NCBI GenBank assembly: GCA_918797485.1
Contig: CAKKNE010000002.1
Location: forward strand, 744,001 to 808,000
Length of the DNA: 64,000 nt
From: Pelagomonas calceolata
Lineage: Eukaryota
Direction of reading: 5' to 3'
The position numbers and the translations under genes were made by a program. The notes below the pieces were generated by a model that made no database searches, was not told the DNA's origin, and was given only the letters and a program-made list of their open reading frames with translations. Positions 21,970 to 33,248 of this stretch are shown piece by piece (the stretch's first letter is position 1; every line of letters begins with the position of its first letter).

Positions 21970-23796
21970 ATGGGGGATGGAAAGAAAAAGGAGCGTACCA
22001 AGTACAGCCTACACCGCAATATCCCGGTGGAAATTCCTGCGGGTTTCGACCAATTGTGCGATCCTGAAGGGGCGCGTATTATCAACGCCGCCGGGGAGCC
22101 GACTGTCGACGGCGTCGTCGGCCCGAGCCCATCGACGCTGTTCAGTGCGGTCGGCTCGCTCTTCGTGTGGGTGATTTTCGTTGTCTTGGCACACATGATC
22201 TTCACTGCGTACCAGACCGACCCGCCCCAAATCAACGAGCTGACGCTGGACACCCCCAAAGGCTTCGAGGCGCCGTTCCCCGACTTCGCGGTGACTTTAT
22301 CACTCACCGGCTGGGACATCTACATCGCCACTCAAATTAGGCAAATCAAAGCCGCCCACGGGTCCAGCATGACGTGGAAAGAAGCTGAGAAGGAGGCAGG
22401 AAATCAGTGGAACCTGCTATCGGAGGACGAGCGGAACTTGCTTACTTGCGAGAAAGGCAAGTGTGACAATCGGACCCTGGAGTACCTGTGGCCCGTTTTC
22501 CGGTGGGAGTCCACCAGCGGCGGCTTCGTAAAGAAAACGGACGTCCATACGTTGCTCGGGCCGGAGGACGGCGTCCACTTCGGGGACAAATGTGGCCTGA
22601 GCGTCAGCACAAACCTCAAATACGGCCGCTGGCCCGTCTTCTGCTTCCTCAACAGAGAGCTTCCGCCGGAGAGGCAGAGAATGCTCCGCGGGCGCGACTT
22701 TGGCGACCCGCTTTGGAGTTACCTAGACGTACGCATCGTCCGGTGCACCAACATGTCCGCTGCCGCGGTGGAATATGAAAAGGGGTATACCAACACCAGC
22801 GTACCCTTCCCTGCGGCTTGGTCGGGAACTTGCGCGCCGCACGACGACATCGACGCCCTCGTGGACGCGGGACAAGGCCTCGGCGTCAACCTGTTCTTCA
22901 AGTCCCCCCAGGAGCCTGACTGGACAGAATCGAGCTGGAACCAGCACGCTGGTGACCCGGCAGACAATAGCATGGAGAACGGTTGGACCATGCACGAGTA
23001 CCAGAAGCTGTCGAGTACTTCCCATGTGGAATGCGATCTGTACCTGAAGCACACTTCAGCGTACGTCAACCGGCCGCAAAGCTCTGGCTTCGAGGAGGAG
23101 GACTTCTTCAAGATTTACAAGTGGTGGTTCGACTTCGACCGCTCGCAGTGCTCCCGCAGTTACGCCGACGATTCGCGTTTCGAGGAGTACAGCACGTCGT
23201 ACCGATATGATTGGTCTGACCACGCGATGGGTGAGACTCAGGGCGAGAATCGGACGCGGTTCTTCGATATCAGCGTCCGCATGAACCACAAACGTCGCAA
23301 GATCGAAGTGCGGCGCCAGAACATTCTCGAGATGCTCTCCGATATCGGCGGCAGCTGGGAGCCCTCCTTCTTCCTCGGCTGGCTGGTCGTCGTCGTCATC
23401 AACCGCGCGCTCATGGCCGCGAGCGCCTGCCCGCGGTCGCGCAAAGAAGCGAAAGACGTGTGGGCAGGATTGTGCGGTCGGGGCGCTCCTGGCGCCGCTC
23501 CAAAAGTTGCCCCGGCCAAGGCGCCGGCGCCGGCGCCAGCGGCCGACGCTGCGCCGGCGCCGGCACCAGCGGCCGAGGCGCCGTTATCTCCCGCCGCGAA
23601 GAGGTGGAAGTCCCTGGCGATGAACTGGAAGCGCCTGAAACGCCAAATGCAATCGGCCAATTATTTTCAGTTATTGAACAGCGGCCCCCCGGAGGCGCCG
23701 GCACCGCCGCCCCTCGACCCGCGCAAGTTCGCCGAGCTCCTGGAGCGGGTCGAGCAGCTCGAGAAGCGCCTCGAGGAGCAGCCCCGAAGGTCCTAG
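21970..23796 (+). CDS. Two-TM membrane protein with ENaC/DEG-like topology
   Basis: TM1, PFPDFAVT, Cys-containing loop, then MLSDIGG..FFLGW TM2. Confidence 0.6.
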   Translation: MGDGKKKERTKYSLHRNIPVEIPAGFDQLCDPEGARIINAAGEPTVDGVVGPSPSTLFSAVGSLFVWVIFVVLAHMIFTAYQTDPPQINELTLDTPKGFEAPFPDFAVTLSLTGWDIYIATQIRQIKAAHGSSMTWKEAEKEAGNQWNLLSEDERNLLTCEKGKCDNRTLEYLWPVFRWESTSGGFVKKTDVHTLLGPEDGVHFGDKCGLSVSTNLKYGRWPVFCFLNRELPPERQRMLRGRDFGDPLWSYLDVRIVRCTNMSAAAVEYEKGYTNTSVPFPAAWSGTCAPHDDIDALVDAGQGLGVNLFFKSPQEPDWTESSWNQHAGDPADNSMENGWTMHEYQKLSSTSHVECDLYLKHTSAYVNRPQSSGFEEEDFFKIYKWWFDFDRSQCSRSYADDSRFEEYSTSYRYDWSDHAMGETQGENRTRFFDISVRMNHKRRKIEVRRQNILEMLSDIGGSWEPSFFLGWLVVVVINRALMAASACPRSRKEAKDVWAGLCGRGAPGAAPKVAPAKAPAPAPAADAAPAPAPAAEAPLSPAAKRWKSLAMNWKRLKRQMQSANYFQLLNSGPPEAPAPPPLDPRKFAELLERVEQLEKRLEEQPRRS

Positions 23797-23979
23797 TCCG
23801 CCTCCGTTCCAAGGCAATTCCCCCCATTTCAGATCATTCCCCTCTGCGAGCCCTCCTAATAGATAAATTACTAGTACTACTAGCCCCGCTGCCAGCCGAG
23901 CTCCGAGGCAACGCCCGGGCGGCTCCAGGCACCCTTAGTCGAAACGCGGGGTATCGTTACACGAAGGTAAAGGGAGGGA

Positions 23980-25532
23980 TCAGAGGCGAGTGGCTTTGGC
24001 GATCGCGTTCTTGAGGTCCAGGCCGGTGAGGCCCTCGACGGCATCCGGTAAAGTCGCGATGGTCTTGATGATGTCCTTCGTGACCTTGGAGCCCGTCGCG
24101 TCGTCCTGGCTGATGAAGACCATCTTCTCCGTTTTTGAGAGCGGCGCGGCGATCGCGCCGGCGATTTCCGGCATCTTGTTCATCACAATATCCGTGATGC
24201 CGGCCTCGCCCATGTACTGGTAGGTCTGGTTCTTCTCCTTTAGGACTAGCGCTTCGGCCTGGCCCTTGGCCTGGATCGCGGACGCTTCCGCCGCGCCGAC
24301 GGCGGCGATCTCCTCCGCGCGAGCTTTTGCTTTCGCTAACTGCGCATCAGCCTCGGCCTGGGCCTCCACCAACATAGCCTTGGACGCGTTCTGCTTCTCG
24401 ACGAGTTCAGCTAGAGACGTACCTTCAGCCTCTTTTTGCGCGGTCAAGGCTTGTTGTTCTGCCACTTGCAACAAAACTTTCGCCTCCTCGACCTGCTGCT
24501 GGGTCCGCTCCTTCATGACCTTCTGCTCTTCCACCGCTCGTTGGATCAAGGCCGCGGCCCGCGCCTCCTCTTCTCTTTTCCCGACCTCGGTCTGGATCTC
24601 GGCCTCGCGTAACTTGACGGTCCGTTCATTGTCGGCCATTTTCAACTTCAAGGCCGTCTTCGAGTCCTCTTCCGCCTGGCGTTTCTTGTTGATATCGACC
24701 TCGGCCTCCGTTTGGTGGGCGTTGACGGTCATGCGACTACTTTGTCGCTTCTTCGCTTCCGCGACGTCGGCCTCGGCCTTGCACTGCGCTACTACTTTCC
24801 TTTGTTCAGCTTCATGCATCGCCACACCTTCCGCGGCGTCGCGCTTGACCTGCGCGGAGCATTTCCGTCAAATCGGTCCGAATGGCCTCAAAATCAAAAA
24901 AGAAACTACCCACGGCCTCGTCTGATGGACACGAGTCGCCTCGATGGCGTGAAGGCGTCTCTACACAACGGGACGCCGAGATTGACTTTCGCGGTCTGAG
25001 TTTCTCCCAAGGCGTCCATGTACCCATTATCATCACTCACGTCCGTGACGACGTAGGACACGATCTCGTAGCCCATGTTCTTCATGTCATCGAGGACACC
25101 TTCCTTGACCGTGTTCGCGAAGGCCTCGCGGTCCTTGTAGATCTTTTCTACGGTCAGCGTACCTAACACCTGGCGCTGGTGGCCCTCCATCGTCGCCGTC
25201 AGCGATTCTTGCACGGCTTTGGTTTTTTCGCCCAGGAAGTGCTGGCAGGCCAGCTTCAAATTGCCCTTATCTAACATGCGCTCCATGCCTTCATGATTGG
25301 GCGGAAAGCAGGCCACTTTCACTTGCGTGACCGCATCAACATTGAGTTTGACGCCCTCGCCCGTCTCGACCTGTCTGCTACTCACGTTGAGCTGCATCAA
25401 TTCTAGGTCGAGGTAGTCGACGTTGTTGCAGCACCACCACGCCCAGCCGCACTCGCCAATCAAAAACTTCGTGCCGCCGACCCCCGAGATGACGGCGGCC
25501 TTATTGGGCGGGACGACGACCACGTTGCCCAT
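23980..25532 (-). CDS. FLOT: Flotillin (SPFH domain)
   Basis: TMEGHQRQVLGTLTVEKIYKDR, AEA coiled coil and PEIAGAIAAPL; intron 24850-24986. Confidence 0.92.
24850..24986 (-). mobile_element. Introner family B intron
   Basis: tctcggcgtcccg..gccttcacgccatcga..gactcgtgtccatc..atgctccgcgcag, shared with other introns in the window. Confidence 0.8.
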
Positions 25533-25959
25533 GGTGCCTGCGCGCGGGGGCGGCGGTCGTCTCGGCCGCGCGCGTGTGGGCGGACCTGCTGGCGGCGCGC
25601 GGTTGCGGTCGTGGGGCTGGCCGTGCGGTCGCGCCGCGGCCGAGCCGCGCGCTCGCAACCGCAGCGCAGCCGGGCGCCGCTCTCAGGGCTGTGGAAGGAT
25701 TTTGCTGTCACCGTGACTGCGTTATTTGTGCTTCCGGGGCAGCGTTTTACTGATTCCCGTGGTCACGTGGGGCAGCCCCGGGACCGGGGATTGCAAGGGA
25801 GTGGCATGCACCTCTTGTTTTAGCGTCACTCTTCGGCAGGACGCCTCTGCTGGAATTGGAAACAGGATCGACACGCGCGTGCGGAGCTGTCCCTTGTCCC
25901 CACGCGTCGTCAGCGTCGAGGGACGACCTCTACCAGAGGGCGTCCTGCGCGCTCGGTTC

Positions 25960-25983
25960 GCTAGTGTCTTACACGCCGCTAGC
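25960..25983 (+). promoter_or_regulatory. CTAG-bounded upstream motif
   Basis: gctagtgtcttacacgccgctagc, between divergent genes. Confidence 0.65.
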
Positions 25984-26155
25984 TCGCGCCGCTGCGCAAC
26001 TTTAAAAGTCTGTAATTGGGCGTACTCGTGGACGGCAGCATCGCATAGCTCGCTCAGCCAACCGCCAGTGGGCGCTGCTGCGCTGCGGCAACGAATTACT
26101 CGCTCCCAGAGGGTAGCACAGCAAGCATTTCAAACAGAGACGCAGAGCGTCGAGC

Positions 26156-28336
26156 ATGGACTTCGCCGACAAGCGCCCGCCGCCGAAGACGACGGCCCAG
26201 GCCTTTGAATTGGCCTTCGACCCGGAGGGCGACAACGTCTTCGTGCTCTCCGCTTTGTTTCCGCAGGCGTTCGGGCGCAAGCAAAAGAAAAAACCAGAGG
26301 AAGAAAAGCCCCAAGAGGAGGACGACGACGGCACGGAGTCCGACGAAGATGTTGAAAGGGAAGTCGTCTTGACGGAGAAGGACCAGCCGCGGCAACGCTA
26401 CGACGTCATTGCTCGATTGGAGCGGTTATTTGGCGGTGGGGAATTAGCAACAGGTTTGAACCACGACTCGGACTCGGACGTCGCCGAAGACTATTATGCG
26501 AGTGACGACTCGTTCATCGACGACTCCGAGGCCTTCGAGGCCGCCGAAAAGCGAGATCAGGAACAAAGGACCGCCCCGGCCGACCACGACGGCTTCTTCG
26601 CCGTGTCCGGGGACTTGGCGACGGTGGAAGCCCCGAAGCCTCCCGAGAAGCCGCGCAAGAAGAAGCCTCGTAAATTACTTGATGGCGGTCCGACGGCCGC
26701 ACATGTCAATGCTTTGTTAGATAAAGATGCTGAAGTAACCTGCCAGCAGCTGAATCCCAAACGAGGCGAAAGCGCCTTGCGGTACGACAAGTACAAGGCC
26801 GCGACGTCGGCGAAGCAGTTATTAGCTTTGGGTGCTACAAGAGCTGATATCAAGAATGATTTGGCGAAGGGGTATGTTACTTTAAAGGAGCCCCTCGCCG
26901 GTTTAGTCATACAGCCCTACACAGCACGCTCGTCGAAGCGGTGTGGGACGTGCGAGGGCTGTACGGCGGAAGAGTGCGGCGCGTGCAAGTATTGTCTCGA
27001 TATGAGCAAGCGCGGAGGCCCGAACACGTTGCGGCGGCCCTGCGTGAAGCGGGCGTGTCTGAGACCGCTCGACGGGTCACAACCTCCCGCGGCGGCAGCG
27101 ACGCCGCGGTCGTCGCCGCCGCGGTCGCCGCGCGTCACGTCGAATTGGACGCGTTATGTGGACGAGACGTCAGGTAAGCCCTACTGGCACGACGCTACTA
27201 CCCAAAAGACGACGTGGGACGACCCCACTACTTCCAAAAAACGGCCCGCGCCTGATGCCGAGCAACCACCAGTAAAGATGCGCAAGCAGAGCGGCTACGT
27301 CTACTTCCAGTCGCAGCACCGGGAGGCGGCGTCGGCCGCCGTGGACATCGACCCTGATACTAATCAACTGGGCGCGCGCGAGCGGAACCAGGCTGTGATG
27401 AGGAAGCTCGCGGAGATGTGGGGCGCGTTGGACGACGCTGCGAAGCAGAAGTGGAGCGACGACGCGCCGCGCGTGCCGGTCAAGGAGCGCAAGCCCAAGG
27501 CCAAGGCGCCGGCGGCCGCCAAGCCGGCGGCGAAGCCGAAGGAAGCCAGCCCGCGCAAGGTTTTTGGGTCAAGCATCCCCTTCGCGACGGCGCCGGCGAT
27601 CCCGGCGGTCCCGCCGCGGAAGCCGTCCGCGCGCGCCCGGAAGGTGGCGCCTGTTCCTGAGCCGGGCGTGCTCGAGTCGGAGCCGGAGTCTGAGGAGGAG
27701 GAGGAGGCGGCGCCGTCCGCGGCGCCCGCGGAGACGCCCGCGCCAGCTGCCGAGCCGGCAGTCAAACCGGCGGCGAAGCCGAAGGCGAAGCCCAAACCGG
27801 CGGCAAAGAAGCCGACGGCGAAGAAGCCGGCCGCGCGCGCGAAGAAGGCTGCGCCCACGCCCGCGCCGGCCGCGCCGGTCGCCGCGCCGGCCACCGCGCC
27901 GCCGGCCGCCGCCGCCGAGGAGCCGCTCTTTAAGGTCGGCGACACCGTGGACGTCGCGCCGCGCACGTTCCCGGGCATCAACAAGGCCGGCGGGACGGGC
28001 AGGATCACGAAGGTGAACGACGAGCGTAGCAAGGACGGCGGCCCGATGAAGGACGGGTCCGAGCGGAGGACCACGGGCTTCACATACGCCGTAAAGTACG
28101 CCCTGAGCGGGTCCGAGAAGCGCGTCGACGCGCAGTGGATCGCGCGCATCGACGAGGAGGAGGAGGACGCCTCCGACGGCGGCGCGGCCGAGACGCTGCG
28201 GACGCCCGGCGGCCGCATCGCGACAGTCATTGAGCGGCGCGCAAGGGGTTGGATCTATGTGGAACTCGACGGGAACGCGAACGACGAGGGCGGCGCGCAC
28301 GAGCGGAAGTCCTTCCGGAATAGCCAGTTATCGTAA
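26156..28336 (+). CDS. Chromatin protein: HPC2/ubinuclein (HUN) motif, CXXC finger, WW and HMG box
   Basis: YYASDDSFIDDSE..GFF; CGTCEGC..CGACKYC; WTRYVD..GKPYW..TTWDDP; SGYVYFQ..LAEMWGAL. Confidence 0.8.
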   Translation: MDFADKRPPPKTTAQAFELAFDPEGDNVFVLSALFPQAFGRKQKKKPEEEKPQEEDDDGTESDEDVEREVVLTEKDQPRQRYDVIARLERLFGGGELATGLNHDSDSDVAEDYYASDDSFIDDSEAFEAAEKRDQEQRTAPADHDGFFAVSGDLATVEAPKPPEKPRKKKPRKLLDGGPTAAHVNALLDKDAEVTCQQLNPKRGESALRYDKYKAATSAKQLLALGATRADIKNDLAKGYVTLKEPLAGLVIQPYTARSSKRCGTCEGCTAEECGACKYCLDMSKRGGPNTLRRPCVKRACLRPLDGSQPPAAAATPRSSPPRSPRVTSNWTRYVDETSGKPYWHDATTQKTTWDDPTTSKKRPAPDAEQPPVKMRKQSGYVYFQSQHREAASAAVDIDPDTNQLGARERNQAVMRKLAEMWGALDDAAKQKWSDDAPRVPVKERKPKAKAPAAAKPAAKPKEASPRKVFGSSIPFATAPAIPAVPPRKPSARARKVAPVPEPGVLESEPESEEEEEAAPSAAPAETPAPAAEPAVKPAAKPKAKPKPAAKKPTAKKPAARAKKAAPTPAPAAPVAAPATAPPAAAAEEPLFKVGDTVDVAPRTFPGINKAGGTGRITKVNDERSKDGGPMKDGSERRTTGFTYAVKYALSGSEKRVDAQWIARIDEEEEDASDGGAAETLRTPGGRIATVIERRARGWIYVELDGNANDEGGAHERKSFRNSQLS

Positions 28337-28468
28337 TGTAGTAGTACCGTATCCGTATGAGGGCCGGGGGCGGGACGGGCGTGCGGTACGGGGAGGCTAG
28401 GCCCGCCGGGAGGACGTCCGGGCAGATGTCCGGGCGGCCTCAGGCTCAGTAGTACCAAACAAGGCTCA

Positions 28469-31400
28469 TTACTTTCTGTATAGTGGACGCGAGGCCACGA
28501 AGGCCGACGGGAACGCGGGACTCGGTGGCGGCATCGGCGGCCGCATCGGCGGAGACCGCGCCTTCGCCGCCGACATCTCCAGGCGCCGCGCCGGGGGCGG
28601 CCCCGGCAGGTCGTACTCCTCGCTGTCGTCGTCGGACGACTGGTCGTAGTCCGACACGCGGTTCACGGGCCCGCCGAAGCGCCGCCGCCGCGACCGGCCG
28701 CGCGCGCGCTCGAGGTCGTCGTCGTCCTCATCGTCGTCGTCCGACGAGTAGGCCGGCGGCCGCGGCGCGCCGAAGATCGACGGCGGCTTGTCGACGGGCC
28801 GCCGCCGCGTCGTGTGGTCGACGAGGCGCCCGGCGAAGCGGTCGTCATCATCATCATCATCGTCGTCGTCGAGGCGCCGTCGCCGGCGCGTCGACTTTCT
28901 AGGAGACCGCCGCGGCGTCTTCCGCGCCGAGCGGCGCGTCGCGCGCGGCGCCTCCTCAGACGAACGGTCCTCCTCGGACGACGAGGGCGGCGGCGGCCGG
29001 CGCGCGCGGTCCGGCCGCGCGGACGGGACCGGCGCCGTCTTTACTTTAGGCTTCGTCTTCGAGCTGCTCGAGGACCATGGCTTCTTGCGGGCCGGCGTGG
29101 GCGTCGCGCCGGGCTTGACCTTGGGGGCCTTCGAACGCTTGCGCCACTTCGCGCAGTTTTCCTCGACCGTGCCGCGCAGCACCCTGTACGTACAAGCAAG
29201 GAAACATAAGCCGGCGAGCGCCACGAGGATCCACTGCACGATAACGAACCAGAGCTTGTCCTTGTTGCGGCGGATCCACCGTCCCAAGGACCACTCAGCT
29301 TTCTTCTTCTTCGACTTGGCGGGGGGCGCCTCGGCGTCCGTTGCAAAGCTCTCCGTCTTCACGTCCGCGAAGAGCGCCTCCTCGCCTGCGTCCGCGGCGG
29401 CCGCTTGTAATGCAGTATCCATCAACGCCGGGTCCGCCTCGGCTCGCAACAGGTTCGCATCCACAGAAGCTCTTTCCTCGGCCGTCGCGCGGACCTCGAA
29501 CTCGACGATAATCGTATCCGTGAGGCGCCGCCGCGCTGCCGCGGACACGCTCAGGATCGTCACTCTATCGACGCTGACGCCAGCCACGCGCGCGATGGCG
29601 TCCTGGAAGACCGCCTGAGCCGATTGTGCCTCTTCGAGCGTCAGGCCGGAAAAGGAAGCGCTACCAGCAATCACGTCGTAGGCCACGTAGAGCTCGCATC
29701 CATTATTATTCGTGCCGCCGACGACGAGCGGGAACGCCGTCAGGCAGGCCGCCGTCGGCGCGGCCGTCGAGGGCGCCGGCGACGGAATCGGCGTCGGCAT
29801 CCGCGTCGGTCTTAATGACGGCCGGCCGGCGGTTGTCGGGGCGAAGCTCGTCGATGGTAACGGTGAGGGCGCCGGATAGGGCAAGGAAGAGGGTGTTGTG
29901 GTCGGCACTTTCGTCGGCGCGAAGCTTTCCGTGGGCCGCGGCGTCGGGATTTGTGAAGGTGCTGATGAAGGGACGCGCGACGGCGTCGATGACGGCGTCT
30001 GGGGCGCGGGCGTCGGCGCCGGAAAGGGTACTGGCGAGGGCATGGACGAAGGCGTGCTCGTCGGCGCTTTTGTTGGTGGCAGCGAGGGTAATGACGACGG
30101 CCTTGAGGATGGCACGCGCGACGGCATAAATGAAGGTGCTGCACTAGGCCCCGGCGTCGGCATTGATGAGGGCGAGAAGCAGCAGTAGCGCGCATTAAGG
30201 GTCGCGCGCGCGAATGCCGGGCACCCGTCGACGGACGCCGACGCCGAGATCGTTGCTGCGAGGACGCCGTCTTGAACAGTAACGGGCACGTCCAGGAACG
30301 GCGCGCAGGTCTCGTAGCCCGCGCTCCGGAAGCCGAACGTCTGCCCTCCGGAAGAGTCGAGGCACTCGGTCGGCACCGTGCACCGGGCCGTCTCCAGACT
30401 ATTCCCGTTGACCGCTAAAAAGGCCTCCTCCCGCACGCCATCCTCGGTCCCGTTGTTGAAGTCGCCCGAGAGCCCCACGGTCAAATTTGCGACCGCGACT
30501 TCGCAAAAGGCATCATCATAAGTCGCGTCGGTGCTCAGGTCGAAGGCGACGTCCACGGTTGACGAGGAGAGGAGCAGGTCCGTCTCTGTTTTGATGTAGT
30601 CGAAGCAGGGGCCCGGCCGCGTCGGGGCCGCCGTGACGGTCGGCTGGGCCGTCGGCTTGGGCGTGGGCGCGGGTACGGGTAGTGAGGATGGTAGTTCTGA
30701 AGGGGGGCTCGTCGGCACGGCCGACGGCGTCCAGGTCGTTGGTAAAGCGGTCGTCGGCCGCGGCGAGGGTTTTGACGTCGGCTTCGACGTGGGTACGCCG
30801 GACGGGTGCGAGGTCGGGACGGACGTCGGCGCCGGCACTGGCGCCGACGACGGCAGTGGCGACGGTATTGACGTGGGCACGGGCACGGGCACGCGGGTCG
30901 GCCCAACGGTAGGTTGCGGCGACGGGCTCGACGACGGTTCAGAGGACGGTTCGGGCGTCGGCCGCGGCGTCGGCACCGGAGCGGGCGCGGGCGTCGGCTC
31001 GGGCGTCGGAGCGGGCGTCGGCGTCGCCGTGGGCTGCGCCGTCGGGGTGCGCGACGGCATTAGTGAAGGCGCGTGGCTCGTAGGCTGCGGAATGGGCACC
31101 GCCGTGGGTTTGTACGAGGGCCGGGGCGTCGGCTGCGGGCTCGGCAGGATGGAGGGGGCGCGAGACGCGTTTCGCGAAGTGGGCGCCCAGGACGGCGTGG
31201 CCGTCGTGGGCATCTTGGACATCGTCGGACGCAGCGACGGCGCCCAGGTCGGTGTAGCCGTCGGCGCGGGCGTCGGCGTGGCGCAGGCCAGCAGCTCGAT
31301 GTCCGCGACGCACTCGTCGGGCAGCCGCTGGAACGCGAGCCAGTAGTTGCCCGGCTCCGCGCAGAGCGTCGGCAGCGCGAGTTCCGCGCCGGCGTCGAGC

Positions 31401-31603
31401 GTCGCGTTCCCGCCTCCTATTAACGCGCCGGCCGCGTAGGTGTCCATACTAGAAGCCGCGGAGAGGCTCCAGCGCACGTCGTTGCGCCGGAAGCCCTGCG
31501 CGTCGCTCAGGACGACCCTGAGATCAAGCGTCTCGTCGGTGTCGGGGCATTGCGTCGCGGCGGCCGCCAGGAGCAGCAGCAAGGAAGTGGCTGGCAGCCT
31601 CAT
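28469..31603 (-). CDS. Single-pass surface protein with Pro/Thr/Ser mucin-like repeats
   Basis: Signal peptide, PTPAPT repeats, RRRL site, TM segment and charged tail. Confidence 0.8.
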   Translation of the reverse strand: MRLPATSLLLLLAAAATQCPDTDETLDLRVVLSDAQGFRRNDVRWSLSAASSMDTYAAGALIGGGNATLDAGAELALPTLCAEPGNYWLAFQRLPDECVADIELLACATPTPAPTATPTWAPSLRPTMSKMPTTATPSWAPTSRNASRAPSILPSPQPTPRPSYKPTAVPIPQPTSHAPSLMPSRTPTAQPTATPTPAPTPEPTPAPAPVPTPRPTPEPSSEPSSSPSPQPTVGPTRVPVPVPTSIPSPLPSSAPVPAPTSVPTSHPSGVPTSKPTSKPSPRPTTALPTTWTPSAVPTSPPSELPSSLPVPAPTPKPTAQPTVTAAPTRPGPCFDYIKTETDLLLSSSTVDVAFDLSTDATYDDAFCEVAVANLTVGLSGDFNNGTEDGVREEAFLAVNGNSLETARCTVPTECLDSSGGQTFGFRSAGYETCAPFLDVPVTVQDGVLAATISASASVDGCPAFARATLNARYCCFSPSSMPTPGPSAAPSFMPSRVPSSRPSSLPSLPPTKAPTSTPSSMPSPVPFPAPTPAPQTPSSTPSRVPSSAPSQIPTPRPTESFAPTKVPTTTPSSLPYPAPSPLPSTSFAPTTAGRPSLRPTRMPTPIPSPAPSTAAPTAACLTAFPLVVGGTNNNGCELYVAYDVIAGSASFSGLTLEEAQSAQAVFQDAIARVAGVSVDRVTILSVSAAARRRLTDTIIVEFEVRATAEERASVDANLLRAEADPALMDTALQAAAADAGEEALFADVKTESFATDAEAPPAKSKKKKAEWSLGRWIRRNKDKLWFVIVQWILVALAGLCFLACTYRVLRGTVEENCAKWRKRSKAPKVKPGATPTPARKKPWSSSSSKTKPKVKTAPVPSARPDRARRPPPPSSSEEDRSSEEAPRATRRSARKTPRRSPRKSTRRRRRLDDDDDDDDDDRFAGRLVDHTTRRRPVDKPPSIFGAPRPPAYSSDDDDEDDDDLERARGRSRRRRFGGPVNRVSDYDQSSDDDSEEYDLPGPPPARRLEMSAAKARSPPMRPPMPPPSPAFPSAFVASRPLYRK

Positions 31604-31868
31604 CGTGCTATACGAATCATCGTTTCGCGCACGCCAGCAAGGGCAGCCCTTTATGGCTGGTACGGTTGCTCGTTGTTGTACTAGCCTTTAGTAGGTTACT
31701 CATGGGACGCACGACCTTCTTGGTGCGGTTTCGAGCAGCTGCGGCACGAATACCGCGGATCCGGACCGATAAAAAACCCTCTCACCTCTATACCCTCGCC
31801 CGAGGTCGCGGGCCGATCTCAAAGGCAGCCCATGGCGTACGTGCACCTTGTCTACACCAAGCCCCAAG

Positions 31869-33248
31869 TTAGGACACGCTACACCCCGAGTCGCACGCGC
31901 CGCTCCCATCGCCGCCGATCAGCCCCGAGAGCATCGACGTCTGGCCCCCTCTTCCAATGCCGAACCGCTCGAAGATGGGCCCCCACCAGGGGTACGACTC
32001 CAAAAAGAACTCCGGGTCCATCGTCGACATCAAAGCTTTGTTCTTCGGCTCCGTCGCCCCCGCGAGCGCCACGTGCATGCCGAGGAAATCGCTATACGCC
32101 ATGAACTCGCCGCCGATACCCAGTCTACGCGCCACGCGCCCCCACAATTCTGGTAAATGACCATCCACTTGAACATCCACGTGCTCGTCCAAGGCGAAGG
32201 TCCGGTGGCCGGATCCGTCGCCGGTCAAATTAGCCCGAGCCTCGTCCGCCGTCAAGCGACCGTCCCCGTCCCGGTCCATGAGATCGAAGACGTCGCCGAC
32301 ATGCTTCTTTCTTATCTGTAAATGATGTAAGTGGGTGATCAGCGTCCCGTCGCCGTCCTCGTTCTCGAGGACGACGTCGCAGTACGCATTCCCGATGACC
32401 CGATGGACCCTAGCTGGACGCCAGCCACCCAAAATCCGGAACAATTTATCTTCATCCTTCTCGATGGCCGCGACTCTCACCCGTAGGTAGGCCTCGAAGT
32501 CCGAGCGATGGAGACAGTCATCCAGGAACTGAGGACTCTTCGACGGGTCGGGCATATCTGTATATTGTCCTCTTTCATCGGGCTCGTACCGACCGACCAA
32601 CCCGAACCTCGCCAGCGCCTCGTCGTGATCATCAACCACCATGCGGATGTGCTCCAAGGCTTTCGCTCGTTTCCGTTTCTCCTCCTCCTCGTCCTTGCCC
32701 GCCGCCGAGATGCCCGTCACATGAGCATGAGTAGCTCCCAACATATCTTCAAATAGATCGTAGAACAGCTGCAGTTCTCGAGGTTTCAAGCCAGCCACGT
32801 GCCAGCCCTCCTCCTTGTGCCCCGCTTCGACGAGGGGAGCGTTATCCTTCTTCTTGTCCTTTTTTTTATCTAAGGGAGCTGTGACCGCCACAGGGGGGTG
32901 GAAGTGCTCGGGTCTATCAATACCGTAGGGGTCCGTCTTTTTTTTGGCTACGCCGGGTACTTTGACGCCCGCTTCTCTTAACGTTCTACGCATGGACAGT
33001 GACGCGTCGTTGCTCGGCACGCCCTTCTCGAGCTTCTGGCTGAAGCCGAGGTGGTCGCTGAGGATGTCGTTCCACCGCCCGATCCCGTCCTGGAACACTC
33101 TGCGTCGTCTAGGTATCGTAATCAACACTTTATCCTTCCGCCGCAGGTCCTTGCCCACGTTGCCGCCCTTGTTCACGATCTCGAGGGCCGCGGCCTCGCA
33201 GCGACGCTCTTCTTTGTTCTCCGCGTCGGACTTGGGCTTGGGGGCCAT
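31869..33248 (-). CDS. EF-hand-containing protein
   Basis: 459-aa ORF with FDLMDRDGDGRLTADE. Confidence 0.7.
   Translation of the reverse strand: MAPKPKSDAENKEERRCEAAALEIVNKGGNVGKDLRRKDKVLITIPRRRRVFQDGIGRWNDILSDHLGFSQKLEKGVPSNDASLSMRRTLREAGVKVPGVAKKKTDPYGIDRPEHFHPPVAVTAPLDKKKDKKKDNAPLVEAGHKEEGWHVAGLKPRELQLFYDLFEDMLGATHAHVTGISAAGKDEEEEKRKRAKALEHIRMVVDDHDEALARFGLVGRYEPDERGQYTDMPDPSKSPQFLDDCLHRSDFEAYLRVRVAAIEKDEDKLFRILGGWRPARVHRVIGNAYCDVVLENEDGDGTLITHLHHLQIRKKHVGDVFDLMDRDGDGRLTADEARANLTGDGSGHRTFALDEHVDVQVDGHLPELWGRVARRLGIGGEFMAYSDFLGMHVALAGATEPKNKALMSTMDPEFFLESYPWWGPIFERFGIGRGGQTSMLSGLIGGDGSGACDSGCSVS

Noticed and set aside
23869..23884. actagtactactagc in a convergent spacer as a motif copy
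   Set aside because: Spacing is too short and the TGTCTT core is missing
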